Shown: piece by piece, positions 1 through 9,264 of the stretch
How the letters are laid out: every line of letters starts with the position of its first letter
Position numbering within the stretch: the first letter of the stretch is position 1
Sequence record: PX418213.1
Length of the DNA: 64,000 bases
Source of the DNA: a phage
Strand: one strand, 5' to 3'
Notes under the pieces: generated by a model
Databases searched by the model: none
What the model saw: only the letters and a program-made list of their open reading frames with translations
Told to the model about the DNA's origin: nothing
Program-made: the position numbers and the translations under genes

Positions 1-2
1 AT

Positions 3-176
3 GAAGTAAAATGTAATCTTGAATTTGTGTATAATAGAGTGTTAAAAGTATACCAACGTAGCCCCAATGGGTACGAAGATATTACTTGGAGCATTAAACA
101 GTATCTTAAAGATATATACTCTAGTTTTTCTGACGAAGACCTAGAAACAGTTGCAGTGGAGTTTAATAATGACTAA
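3..176 (+). CDS. hypothetical protein, 3' fragment (gene starts upstream of the window)
   Basis: Frame is open from the window edge to TAA at 174-176; its stop overlaps the next start (ATGACTAA). Confidence 0.3.
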   Translation, partial: EVKCNLEFVYNRVLKVYQRSPNGYEDITWSIKQYLKDIYSSFSDEDLETVAVEFNND

Positions 177-375
177 GAATGTGAAACACCTTAAATATCG
201 CTTAATTTACAATGGACGTATGGAAACAGAAGACCTAGCCCAATTAGCTATTAATTCTAATGAGGTTACAGTGCGTGCGCTGGCAATTGAAAAGTTGCGT
301 GCCTCTTATGAAAATCGTGTTATGGAACTAGAGGAGAAACTTTATGGCATTCTCGAAGCCGATGCTACCAGATAA
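169..375 (+). CDS. hypothetical small protein (about 68 aa)
   Basis: ORF track 151..375; ATG at 169 preceded by GGAG about 8 nt upstream, so the start is refined from TTG 151. Confidence 0.4.
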   Translation: MTKNVKHLKYRLIYNGRMETEDLAQLAINSNEVTVRALAIEKLRASYENRVMELEEKLYGILEADATR

Positions 376-565
376 TGGTTTAAATGCCGCTTTGGAAAAT
401 GCATTAATGCAGCAGTGGGAAACTGGCTATAAGGATGGTGTTGAATCCTGTGCTACTATGCTAGAAGTTATTGCTAATACCTTAATGGAGAAAGGCAATA
501 AAGAATTAGCTGAGCTATTAGACAGTATTGGGCAAAACTTCAGAGAACAGGTGAAAAATGCGTAG
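344..565 (+). CDS. hypothetical protein (73 aa)
   Basis: ORF track; short overlaps with both neighbours, typical of phage gene packing. Confidence 0.35.
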   Translation: MAFSKPMLPDNGLNAALENALMQQWETGYKDGVESCATMLEVIANTLMEKGNKELAELLDSIGQNFREQVKNA

Positions 566-1376
566 ATTAATTATTATTAGCGGTGCAGGTTTGAGTGTTG
601 AAAGTGGTGTACGAGCTTTTCGTACTGATACTACTAGTGGTAAAGCACTGTGGGATGACTATGATCTAGAAGAAGTATGTAATATTCATGCCTTTCGTGG
701 TAATTTTTATCATAAAACCCATATGTTTTACAACAAGCGTCGTGAAGAGCTAAAAACTGTTGAACCCAATCTTGCGCATTTGCGTATTGGTGAATGGTAT
801 AAACAATATCCAGGTCAAGTAGTAAACTTGACTACCAACGTTGATGACCTTATTGAGCGTGCTGGAGTTCCACATAGTGACATTCTGCACATTCACGGAT
901 ATTTAAAAGAGGTTGTTGTAGCTGATAGCTACAATAGTAGCAATAAACGGATTATTGATGTAGGATACAATTCTGTTGATCCAGATGATTATAAATGGGT
1001 TAAACCTAATGTAATCTTCTTTGGAGAGCATGCTCCTGCATACGCAGAAATGTATAATGTTTTTGATGGTATTACCAGTCAAGATATGATCATTGTGGTT
1101 GGTTGCTCTAACCAAGTAATTAACTTCTACTGGGAATTATTTCCTGTTCTTAATTTGACTGCTGCGAAACTTATGGTTGTTAACTATTATGATAGTGCCC
1201 TAGCGGCGGAACCGGGCTATCAAGGTATGACTCGTAGTGAGATGTACCAGCTGGAAGAACGTGGTATCCCTTACTGGAGTAAAGGTGCAGTAGATGCTTT
1301 CAGTGATCCTGATTTTATTGCTCGTGTAGAAGCTCATTTAGAGGGTAGACCTTATGTGTCGAGAAGCAAGAAATAA
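558..1376 (+). CDS. SIR2-family (sirtuin-like) NAD-binding protein
   Basis: N-terminal IISGAGLSVESGVRAFR resembles the sirtuin GAGIS.ESGIP.FR Rossmann motif; NVIFFGEH (FGE motif), HIHG (catalytic His-Gly) and VVGCSN are present; no Zn-ribbon cysteine pairs, as in many prokaryotic SIR2 domains. Confidence 0.6.
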   Translation: MRRLIIISGAGLSVESGVRAFRTDTTSGKALWDDYDLEEVCNIHAFRGNFYHKTHMFYNKRREELKTVEPNLAHLRIGEWYKQYPGQVVNLTTNVDDLIERAGVPHSDILHIHGYLKEVVVADSYNSSNKRIIDVGYNSVDPDDYKWVKPNVIFFGEHAPAYAEMYNVFDGITSQDMIIVVGCSNQVINFYWELFPVLNLTAAKLMVVNYYDSALAAEPGYQGMTRSEMYQLEERGIPYWSKGAVDAFSDPDFIARVEAHLEGRPYVSRSKK

Positions 1377-1551
1377 TGAATGGGATATTTTTATAACTGA
1401 GTCTGGCACTTGGTGTTATAGGTTTGCCTACAGGTTTGCCTACAGGTTTCCTAGTGTAAGAAAACGGTTGGGATACGCATATAAAATTATCTATACTATG
1501 GATAATATATGGTTATCCTCTGGAGATGAGGAGAAACAGGTATGTCCATAG
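1354..1551 (+). CDS. doubtful small ORF overlapping a 12-bp tandem repeat
   Basis: ORF track only; the YRFAYRFAYRF stretch is encoded by the direct repeat aggtttgcctac at 1421-1452; start lies inside the SIR2-like gene. Confidence 0.2.
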   Translation: MCREARNNEWDIFITESGTWCYRFAYRFAYRFPSVRKRLGYAYKIIYTMDNIWLSSGDEEKQVCP

Positions 1552-1724
1552 TTAAATCTGTGTATACACATCCAGATGATATATTTGTATGGGCGGATGG
1601 TAGTTGGTGCTATCGCTGTGAGCTGTGGGAAATGGATTATAAATCCGATGACTATGGTGTTATATATGTTGATACGGTTGAGTATGATACGTTCTTAGAA
1701 AGGAACAGAAATGGAAATAAGTAA
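1542..1724 (+). CDS. hypothetical small protein (60 aa)
   Basis: ATG preceded by GAGGAG; compact spacing with neighbours. Confidence 0.35.
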   Translation: MSIVKSVYTHPDDIFVWADGSWCYRCELWEMDYKSDDYGVIYVDTVEYDTFLERNRNGNK

Positions 1725-2217
1725 TACTCCAATTATTTTTCTAGACATTGATGGGGTGCTCAATTCGAGCATCTCCCACCATCATGCACCTGACGATGAG
1801 AAGATTTTCTTTGGAAGTGATTGGGTTTTCAAACCGCTTCTCAAGGCTTTTCAGGACTTTATTCGTCCTTCTCCAATAATGATTGTTGGAGTATCATCTT
1901 GGTTCTCTGTCAGAAATGAGATGGAGAACGTTCGGATTATGACCGGATTAGGTCTTATCGATCGTTTTCTTGGTACAACGGATTTTACTGGTGGTGGATT
2001 ATCTAGGGGTAATTCTGTTCTTCGTTTCGTCGAAAAGCATAAGCTCAAACATTGGTGTGTACTTGATGATGCGGGTGCTATGATGTATCAGTATCCAACG
2101 GTTATAGTCAACGGTAGAACTGGGATAAATCTTCAAGATTTAAAAGCTGTTAGCTATATGCTAGAATTTAGCCCAGATCTTGAAATGTGTAAATCCTTAC
2201 AACAATTTAAGGTGTAA
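1711..2217 (+). CDS. HAD-superfamily phosphatase or hydrolase
   Basis: N-terminal IIFLDIDGVLNSS matches HAD motif I (DxDG[TV]). Confidence 0.55.
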   Translation: MEISNTPIIFLDIDGVLNSSISHHHAPDDEKIFFGSDWVFKPLLKAFQDFIRPSPIMIVGVSSWFSVRNEMENVRIMTGLGLIDRFLGTTDFTGGGLSRGNSVLRFVEKHKLKHWCVLDDAGAMMYQYPTVIVNGRTGINLQDLKAVSYMLEFSPDLEMCKSLQQFKV

Positions 2218-2219
2218 AT

Positions 2220-2648
2220 ATGTTCAATAATGTATTCTCTAAAGAAGCTAACCCAATTTTGGTTAACTTTTGGCGTACTCTCCCGGCTAGCCTGTATAAT
2301 GAGGCTATTAACTCCTTGAAAATATGGTGTGAGAATAATGAAATCTCCTTTGCTTTTAAAGATGATATTGATGAGGGCCCCTGTATTGGTTTAACTGTGC
2401 AGGTAGAGGATGGTCTTGAAGAGATTGTCGGCTGGAAAGAGTTGGATGAAATGGGCTTAGTTTTTGCGTTAAACTATAAGCTGTTTATGCCTAACAAACA
2501 CCGTATTGCTATTAATTATAAAACCGGTGAATCTCCTGGTTTTCAGGTTAATGAACGTTATGGTTGGTCTTACTCACCAGAAGAAGTAAATGAGGGGATT
2601 CAGAAACTTCGACGTTTCGGGTATATAATCCCAGGTTTAACTGCTTAA
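2220..2648 (+). CDS. hypothetical protein, tandem paralog 1
   Basis: Shares with the next ORF the pattern D(D)PCIG...ELD(E/A)MGL(V/I)(F/V)ALN...GW/PGL. Confidence 0.45.
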   Translation: MFNNVFSKEANPILVNFWRTLPASLYNEAINSLKIWCENNEISFAFKDDIDEGPCIGLTVQVEDGLEEIVGWKELDEMGLVFALNYKLFMPNKHRIAINYKTGESPGFQVNERYGWSYSPEEVNEGIQKLRRFGYIIPGLTA

Positions 2649-2657
2649 GGAGGCAGA

Positions 2658-3050
2658 ATGGAACAAGTATATTGGCGTCAGATTGACCCTAGTTTGGTGA
2701 AACGTGCGGAGAAGCTGCTACAACGTTGGTTGGGGGTAAGACAAGCCTCCTTCACTTTTCCGGAACAGCAAATAGATGACCCCTGCATTGGTGTTTTCCT
2801 GTCTGGATATGCCGGGGAATGGGAATTGGATTGGAATGAATTGTCTGCTATGGGCTTGATTGTTGCCCTAAACTTCTCTATATTCCATCCACGTGGTTTG
2901 GCCATATGTCGTGTGCCTGATGACGGTTGTTCGCCCCATCTTTTACAGGTGGAAGATGATATTTGGGAGTACACTCCAGATATTCTCAAAGAGGCTAAAG
3001 AACAATTAAACCGTGTTGGGATATATGTTCCGGGATTAAATGATGAATAA
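2658..3050 (+). CDS. hypothetical protein, tandem paralog 2
   Basis: Paralogous to 2220..2648; preceded by AAGGAGG. Confidence 0.45.
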   Translation: MEQVYWRQIDPSLVKRAEKLLQRWLGVRQASFTFPEQQIDDPCIGVFLSGYAGEWELDWNELSAMGLIVALNFSIFHPRGLAICRVPDDGCSPHLLQVEDDIWEYTPDILKEAKEQLNRVGIYVPGLNDE

Positions 3051-3237
3051 GGAATTTTGGAAAATAAAAGGTAAGATTTCTAAGTGGAATACTACAGGGA
3101 AAATTAGTAAGTCTCTAGAGATAGAGATAGCTAGAATGTTTACTGATCCTGATTTTGATATAGGAAAGCTAAGTAAAGTAGATGCTAAAAAAGTAGATAA
3201 GTATATGGAAGAGATTAGAAGTATTTTAAGTGTCTAA
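3040..3237 (+). CDS. hypothetical small protein (65 aa)
   Basis: ORF track; followed by an intrinsic terminator. Confidence 0.35.
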   Translation: MMNKEFWKIKGKISKWNTTGKISKSLEIEIARMFTDPDFDIGKLSKVDAKKVDKYMEEIRSILSV

Positions 3238-3244
3238 TCCACAT

Positions 3245-3270
3245 AACCGAGTCATTTTGGCTCGGTTTTA
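3245..3270 (+). terminator. rho-independent terminator
   Basis: Stem aaccgag / ctcggtt with 9-nt loop, followed by a T-run. Confidence 0.55.
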
Positions 3271-3313
3271 CCCGTACTCAAGACCAATGATAGCACCATC
3301 CGGAAAATTTTAC

Positions 3314-3342
3314 TTGCAGGATGCCCAAAATCTTGATATAAT
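3314..3342 (+). promoter_or_regulatory. sigma70-type promoter
   Basis: TTGCAG, 17 nt, TATAAT, in an AT-rich context. Confidence 0.4.
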
Positions 3343-3841
3343 ATTTATATTGAATTGAGAGACATTAGTAAAAATTGATTTTGCTAATTTTTCTTGTTTA
3401 CAATCCGCGATACGGAACAGTTAGGCTGCCCCATTAAGGGTTGTTTTAACTGTTACGTGTTAGTTTTTAAACAAATAATTAATAGAATACTTAGCGATCT
3501 ACATCCCGTAGGAACCCTGGTAAGGCCTCGAAGCAACCTAGTGTGAGGTGGTTGTGAAGTGAGACGGGAAGAGTGAAAAACTCTGAGAAGTGATGACGTA
3601 AGGTATACTACATCTAGTATGAGCTAGTACATGAAGCATTAGGTGAGCAAATCTGGCTTAGCGGCCATCCTCAAGGATTTGTGCGGTATAGTGAAGCGGC
3701 AGTGTAGCGTGAAAGGGGAAGTTGCCACCCCCCTTCAGTATTTGCGATTAATTTGTTGAGAAATTGACAGTAACAGTTGTTCTATTCTTTCTGAATAGTC
3801 CTAAAGAAAACTTATTTCATTTCCAACACAGGAGTATTGTT

Positions 3842-6628
3842 GTGTTCTCAATCCTACAAGGTCATGCAGGATTTCATCGCGATTTAGCCACAGGCAATTG
3901 GCGAGAAGTTAAAGCAGAAGACTATCTTTTTGCTAAAAGATTTTCCTCAAAGCATCCTGAAGGTAAACCAGCTTCAATGCCCTTCAAGTTTGATGTAATT
4001 GATGAAGTTGATCCTCAAACCCTAGTAGAAATGCTTCCTCTTATGAGACGTTTAACGTCTGACCCTCATATCGTTGCGGTACGAGGTCGATGTCTTGCAC
4101 CTAAAAATAATGTGCGACGTAAGAAGGGCAACTTTAATATATCTAACCCAAGTCATATAATTGCAATGGACGTGGATGGTATTGTAGATACAGGTGGTTG
4201 TAACAAGTTTGATCTTGTTGGCATGGCTCGACATATTATTAGAATGTTAAATAGTATTAGTGAGGATATGTTTCCTCTTGATGCAGGGTTTATTGCTCAT
4301 GCATCGTCTTCGGCTGGACTAAAACCAGGTATCCGAATGCACTTAATACTAGAATCTAATGTTAAAGTAACTCAGGGTCAAATCAAATTCTTATTTACAT
4401 CTATCAACGAAAGTAGTAGACAAAAGTATGGCTTTGATATTGCCGACTTAGCCTATTACTCTTCCGTACAGCTCCATTACTTTGCAGATCCGTTATTTAT
4501 CGATGGTATAGTAGATCCGTTTAAAGCGGAGGGTGCTTCACGTCTGGTATTTGTTAAGGGTTCTAAAGTAAATTTACCCAATAATCTGGTTGACTATGAA
4601 ACAACTAGGGGTGAGTTTAAAGAGGAGTTTTACTCTTTACTCGATCAAATTAAAGGTAAAAAAGCTGCCTCTGATAAAGTAGAGGAAACTATCAGCGAAC
4701 TAGAAGAAGCTGAGGATGGAGTGTATCTACGTATCATACCTAAACTCTATCACAGAGCTTTAGAGGATGGTGTTGACTTTGCATGGCTAGAAAAAGAAAT
4801 CCGTCCAGCCTTATCAGAGTATATTGCAACTAAAGATAATAGTCGTAATATTCAAGATTACTTTAATAACGGTCGTAAACAGGCTCTGAAAGCATTTGTT
4901 AATAATTCTAAACGTGATATACCGGATGTTTTAAAAGGTATTCCACTTAAAAAACTAGAAACTAATTCTCTAGAAACTGATAACTTCTTGAAATTAAATA
5001 CTGTACCACCAGAAGGTTATATGACTTTTGTAAAAGCAAGTCTAGGTACAGGTAAAACTACAGCGGTTGTGCGTTGGTTAGACTCAGGAGTTATTAAAGG
5101 TAATTTCTTAGCAATTACCAATACTAGAGCGCTAGTATCTTCAAATGCTAAGAAATTTAGTGCAGGACAATATGATAAGTCTGTAGATATGCTTAATTTT
5201 AAGCGTGGTGCTATTGACCGTATGTCCACAACTATTCACTCTTTGCATAAGTTCAAGAGTTTTATTGGTCAAATTGATGCAATCTTTATCGATGAATGTG
5301 ATGCTGTAATGAATGACCTATTATTCGCCCCGGTTGTTAAACAACGTCGTGAATGTATTCAGGTTCTTCGAGACATTCTTGCAACTGCAAAAATCATTAT
5401 ATTATCTGATGGGGATATTAGTGCAGAAACAATTGAAGCATATGGTTCTTTGATTGAGTTTGATAAACCGGTTGCATTTTATAATCATCACCGTAAAATG
5501 CTATCAAAAGCTCATGCTTATGAGTTCCCGGATGAATCCAGTATTTGGGTTGCACTTCAGACTTCTCTAGAGATGGGTGAGAAATCTATCCTAGTATCTG
5601 ACTGTGGGCCGGATGAACTGAATGAGAAGGGCATGGCATTACGTCGTAATACGGGTGCGTTAGTTAAGGAAATCCACTCAAACTCTACGTCTGATGTAGA
5701 TATTCGACGTATTCTGGATTACACAACTAATGAGCTAATTGATCAACAAATTGATTGCTTATTATGTAGTCCATCGGTAACAAGTGGTGTTGACTTTAAC
5801 TACTTTGATAACGTATTCGTTATTACTAGAACCTCAAACCAAGCGCCAAACATGCGTTTCCAAGCAATCAGGCGCGACCGTGGTGCTCAGAACATTTATT
5901 ATTTTATTGATAAATCTACGAGTGGGTTCTCCGCAGGTTCTGAGCAATATAACATTGATGAAGGTTGGCTGGAGTTAGCACAGCAATTATACGCACGTCG
6001 CAGGGAGCTGGAATCTAGAAACTATACTAGTACTCTACGTTATTACTTGCTTGATCAGGGTGCAACTATTGATATTTTCAGTGAAAGCTGGGGAAATATC
6101 GAAGGTGCAGGAAAAGAGTATACGGAAGAGCGAATCAAAGCTATTTTGTATTCAACTCCTGATTATTGTGCTCCACGCCATGCAGATGCGTATGAAGCTA
6201 AACTACTTCTTGTTCGCTATTACCATCTTGAGTCTATTAAAGATGTAACAGTTGAGCATGTTGAACAATATATCAAAGATAAACCGAATGATCGAGCTGC
6301 ATTCTTCCATAAGATGCACGAGATGTTCTGGGAAGATATTAAGAAGTGTTCAAATGTCACTATCAAACCCTTTATAGAAGCTCTGAAAGGTAAGAAGAAA
6401 GATTTCTTCCTTAAAACAGGTCAGAGTGCTAACCCAAAATATGCGAGAATGTATCTTGGTATGATGGGTATTGGCAAGGATATGAACACGGAGAATATTG
6501 TAGACTGGTACAGAACCTATTGTAAAATCGAGTGTATGCCAATCCCCCTAAAATTCATGACAGAGGAAGAGAAGGCCATGGCAGAAGAAGTAATGTCCGA
6601 ACTTGGAGCAACCAATGAAGATACATAA
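3842..6628 (+). CDS. large helicase-domain protein (possible replication initiator or origin-binding helicase)
   Basis: Walker A ASLGTGKTT and DExD-like box IFIDECDAV; start refined to in-frame GTG 3842 preceded by AGGAG at 7-nt spacing (ORF track starts at 3764). Confidence 0.5.
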   Translation: MFSILQGHAGFHRDLATGNWREVKAEDYLFAKRFSSKHPEGKPASMPFKFDVIDEVDPQTLVEMLPLMRRLTSDPHIVAVRGRCLAPKNNVRRKKGNFNISNPSHIIAMDVDGIVDTGGCNKFDLVGMARHIIRMLNSISEDMFPLDAGFIAHASSSAGLKPGIRMHLILESNVKVTQGQIKFLFTSINESSRQKYGFDIADLAYYSSVQLHYFADPLFIDGIVDPFKAEGASRLVFVKGSKVNLPNNLVDYETTRGEFKEEFYSLLDQIKGKKAASDKVEETISELEEAEDGVYLRIIPKLYHRALEDGVDFAWLEKEIRPALSEYIATKDNSRNIQDYFNNGRKQALKAFVNNSKRDIPDVLKGIPLKKLETNSLETDNFLKLNTVPPEGYMTFVKASLGTGKTTAVVRWLDSGVIKGNFLAITNTRALVSSNAKKFSAGQYDKSVDMLNFKRGAIDRMSTTIHSLHKFKSFIGQIDAIFIDECDAVMNDLLFAPVVKQRRECIQVLRDILATAKIIILSDGDISAETIEAYGSLIEFDKPVAFYNHHRKMLSKAHAYEFPDESSIWVALQTSLEMGEKSILVSDCGPDELNEKGMALRRNTGALVKEIHSNSTSDVDIRRILDYTTNELIDQQIDCLLCSPSVTSGVDFNYFDNVFVITRTSNQAPNMRFQAIRRDRGAQNIYYFIDKSTSGFSAGSEQYNIDEGWLELAQQLYARRRELESRNYTSTLRYYLLDQGATIDIFSESWGNIEGAGKEYTEERIKAILYSTPDYCAPRHADAYEAKLLLVRYYHLESIKDVTVEHVEQYIKDKPNDRAAFFHKMHEMFWEDIKKCSNVTIKPFIEALKGKKKDFFLKTGQSANPKYARMYLGMMGIGKDMNTENIVDWYRTYCKIECMPIPLKFMTEEEKAMAEEVMSELGATNEDT

Positions 6629-7133
6629 ACCAATGCCTCCTATGGCATTTATCCTGAAAAAGCTTAAGTATGATGAAAGTACTGGGGACTTAATTTGGTT
6701 ATCTGGCCCAAGGAAGGGAAGGGTAGCGGGCTCCAAAATGAAAACTGGGAGACAGTTAGAGTTTACTATAAAGGGAGAGCGGACAGCTTACTTAGCCCAT
6801 AGAATAATCTGGTTTATAAAAACAGGCGAAGATCCTGGGGATAAAACTATCGACCACAAAGACGGGGATAACTTAAACAACTTGTGGGATAATTTACGTA
6901 AGGCTACCTACTCCGAAAATGGAAAGAATAAGAAGTGTTCTACTAATTCTACCGGATTCACTGGAGTTGTAAAACGAGGTAATAGGTATATGGCCTACGC
7001 TTACTGTGATGGAAAGCAGCATATTTTTGGTAGACGAGATACCCCGGAAGAAGCCCATCAGCTATACCTTATGGGAGTTAAAGAACTGTTTGGTGAATTT
7101 AATCCCTCGGAGAGATATGACAGTGAAGAATAA
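6615..7133 (+). CDS. HNH homing endonuclease with AP2-type DNA-binding domain
   Basis: IDHKDGDNLNNLWDNLR (HNH His-Asn-Asn core) followed by GFTGVVKRGNRYMAYAY (AP2-like); ATG 6615 preceded by GGAG. Confidence 0.6.
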   Translation: MKIHKPMPPMAFILKKLKYDESTGDLIWLSGPRKGRVAGSKMKTGRQLEFTIKGERTAYLAHRIIWFIKTGEDPGDKTIDHKDGDNLNNLWDNLRKATYSENGKNKKCSTNSTGFTGVVKRGNRYMAYAYCDGKQHIFGRRDTPEEAHQLYLMGVKELFGEFNPSERYDSEE

Positions 7134-7350
7134 AAAATGGGAAACAAGGAAGTTCCCAGTAAAAGAACGTAAAGTTCCTGCTTACAACACTTCGGAAAAG
7201 CTATGTAGGGTGGTTCCTGCTAGACTAGCTGGCATCCCTAACATATCCGAGTGGTTACTTAAACAACGGAAAACAAACGTGTCTCTTCGCATCGGCTTTG
7301 AGTTAGATAAAGTCTATGCTGAACTTGCTTCTTTGCTCAAGGAATCGTAA
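7117..7350 (+). CDS. hypothetical small protein (about 77 aa)
   Basis: In-frame ATG 7117 preceded by GGAGAG; the ORF track version starts at 7006 inside the HNH gene. Confidence 0.35.
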   Translation: MTVKNKKWETRKFPVKERKVPAYNTSEKLCRVVPARLAGIPNISEWLLKQRKTNVSLRIGFELDKVYAELASLLKES

Positions 7351-7358
7351 AAATTTAT

Positions 7359-7387
7359 TTGCTTTCAGGAAAATTTTTCTGTATAAT
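7359..7387 (+). promoter_or_regulatory. strong sigma70 promoter, N25 type
   Basis: TTGCTT, 17 nt, TATAAT, AT-rich upstream, leader cataaatttgagagaggag then ATG 7419; the block 7350-7418 matches the canonical T5 N25 promoter as I recall it. Confidence 0.75.
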
Positions 7388-7418
7388 AGATTCATAAATT
7401 TGAGAGAGGAGTTTAAAT

Positions 7419-8123
7419 ATGGCTGGTTCTCGCAGAAAGAAACATATCCATGAAATCCCTGATGAAGTCTTTAAAAAGGTTATAGAGCATCTGGAGAACG
7501 GTGGTACTAAGAAAGCAGCATGTGAAATGCTCGGCGTATCATCCAATCCAACTATGGAAAGGATGATTGAGGAGTGGCAAGACCGCCAGATCCAAGTTGC
7601 CGAAATGAAGAAAAAGAAACGCGGCACACTTATTGAAGGCATTGAGTTAGCTAACGTTATTGAGCAGTATTTATCTGGTGATTCTTTCGAAGAAATTGCC
7701 GATCGTAATTACCGCTCTGTAGCAATGGTTAAATCTGTTCTGGAACGATATGGTGCTCTACTTCGTTTGAACGATATTGTAGATCCATTGAATCCTCCAA
7801 TTATTCCTGATGATGCTGTAGCAGAAGAATTTGCAGTTGGTGAGCTTGTTTGGGTTCCTGGATACCAGTGTATTGGTGAAATCAAAAAAGCAATGGATAA
7901 TCCTGTTGGTTGCTATCGTGTATGGCTTCTATCAGAAGGCAAACAACAGAACGTCCATTATATGAATTACGAGCTGGCTTCTGTTAAACATCTGGAAAAA
8001 TTAGGGGTTGACGTAAAATCTCTAGGGTACAAGTGGACTCGTGAAGAAGTAATTTCATTAATTAATGAAGCTGTTAAGGCTGCCTTGAAACTTGATAAAG
8101 AAAAAGGAAAACGCCGTGAGTAA
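7419..8123 (+). CDS. putative helix-turn-helix DNA-binding protein (234 aa)
   Basis: First gene downstream of the N25-type promoter; HTH-like segment TKKAACEMLGVSSNPTMERMI. Confidence 0.4.
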   Translation: MAGSRRKKHIHEIPDEVFKKVIEHLENGGTKKAACEMLGVSSNPTMERMIEEWQDRQIQVAEMKKKKRGTLIEGIELANVIEQYLSGDSFEEIADRNYRSVAMVKSVLERYGALLRLNDIVDPLNPPIIPDDAVAEEFAVGELVWVPGYQCIGEIKKAMDNPVGCYRVWLLSEGKQQNVHYMNYELASVKHLEKLGVDVKSLGYKWTREEVISLINEAVKAALKLDKEKGKRRE

Positions 8124-8367
8124 GCTAACAGATTTGCTTAAAGATGGGGAAGTAAAAACTCTGTATCGTAGAAGCTGGGATAATGATAATAATGGCTTAG
8201 TATTACTAACTCTAGATGCTGACTCAGATGTAGTTACCCAACATACCTGGGTAGCTGGTAATTATCCCTATAGTGAGGTTGTTACGTTAACAGTATGCGA
8301 AGCTATTGCCGACGATTGGGAGGTTGCCAGCATCGATGATATGCTCGCTGTTGGCCTGGTGGAGTAA
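8116..8367 (+). CDS. hypothetical protein (about 83 aa)
   Basis: In-frame GTG 8116 preceded by AAGGAA; ORF track starts at 8092. Confidence 0.35.
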   Translation: MSKLTDLLKDGEVKTLYRRSWDNDNNGLVLLTLDADSDVVTQHTWVAGNYPYSEVVTLTVCEAIADDWEVASIDDMLAVGLVE

Positions 8368-8384
8368 CTACAGAAAAATTTCAG

Positions 8385-8412
8385 TTGCTTAATCCTATAA
8401 TTCTTGATATAA
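8385..8412 (+). promoter_or_regulatory. sigma70 promoter
   Basis: TTGCTT, 16 nt, TATAAT, upstream of 8471. Confidence 0.5.
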
Positions 8413-8470
8413 TATTCTCATAGTTTGAAAGAACTATTCTGTTTAATTCTTAATTAAGGAAATATAAAAT

Positions 8471-8881
8471 ATGACTACTCCAACTCAGTGGACTGATGAA
8501 CTGTTCGAAAAAATGTCTTCCGAATACGTTGCTCGTATGGAGCAATTCCCAGAGGATGAACGTCCGGGTGTTAGCATGGAAATTGTTAGCGAAATTGCCC
8601 AGGAAAATGGTGTAACTCCGAACGGTTTTCGTATGAAGCTGACTAAAGCAGGTTTGTATATCAAGAAAGCTGCTGGCTCCGCTTCTAAATCTAGCGCATC
8701 TACTGGAGAAAAAGCTTCTGGTGGTTCTCGTACTTCCAAAGCCCAAGCTCATGCCGATCTTCGTTCAGCATTCTCTGATGCTGGCTTAGCACCAGATTTT
8801 CTGGATGATGCAATTATCGACAAACTGACCGGTAAAGCGGCTGCTCATCTGGCAGAAGCAATCCGAGCTATCACTAAGTAA
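8471..8881 (+). CDS. hypothetical early protein (136 aa)
   Basis: Own promoter and AAGGAA site; codon usage resembles highly expressed host genes (ctg, cgt, gct rich). Confidence 0.45.
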   Translation: MTTPTQWTDELFEKMSSEYVARMEQFPEDERPGVSMEIVSEIAQENGVTPNGFRMKLTKAGLYIKKAAGSASKSSASTGEKASGGSRTSKAQAHADLRSAFSDAGLAPDFLDDAIIDKLTGKAAAHLAEAIRAITK

Positions 8882-8917
8882 TTTTTAGATAAATCCACCA
8901 ACAAAAGGAACACAGTT

Positions 8918-9214
8918 ATGACCAAAGCTGAAATTATCGCACAATGTGAAAAATTTGGTGAGTTTTATCTTCATTACGAGAAACTTCGTCAGAAAGGAAC
9001 CACGTACCTTCAGGGTACGATGGAATTTGATCCAGCCCAAGATAAATATCTGGCTGAGCGTATTAAACGTGAACGTATTCGTAAAGCGAAAGATGATGAG
9101 ATCCTTGTCTTCTCTCGTACTAATGATAGCTTCCGTTTTATTCCTGTCGAGAAAGTCCGTCGTGTGACTAGCCTCCAATCAGAGTTAGATCGTGCTTCTC
9201 CAGTAGGCCGATAA
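8918..9214 (+). CDS. hypothetical protein (98 aa)
   Basis: ORF track; AAGGAA upstream; terminator downstream. Confidence 0.45.
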   Translation: MTKAEIIAQCEKFGEFYLHYEKLRQKGTTYLQGTMEFDPAQDKYLAERIKRERIRKAKDDEILVFSRTNDSFRFIPVEKVRRVTSLQSELDRASPVGR

Positions 9215-9224
9215 GAAACCAATT

Positions 9225-9246
9225 AGCCCCTATATGGGGCTTTTTG
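9225..9246 (+). terminator. rho-independent terminator
   Basis: Stem agcccc / ggggct, loop tatat, then TTTTT. Confidence 0.6.
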
Positions 9247-9264
9247 TGTATTTGGGATAAGTAA

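Noticed and set aside
3240-3841. Possible tRNA gene or group I intron in the large intergenic island
   Set aside because: No GTTCRANYC-type T-loop or acceptor-stem pairing found by eye, and no flanking exon context; left as an unexplained non-coding region.
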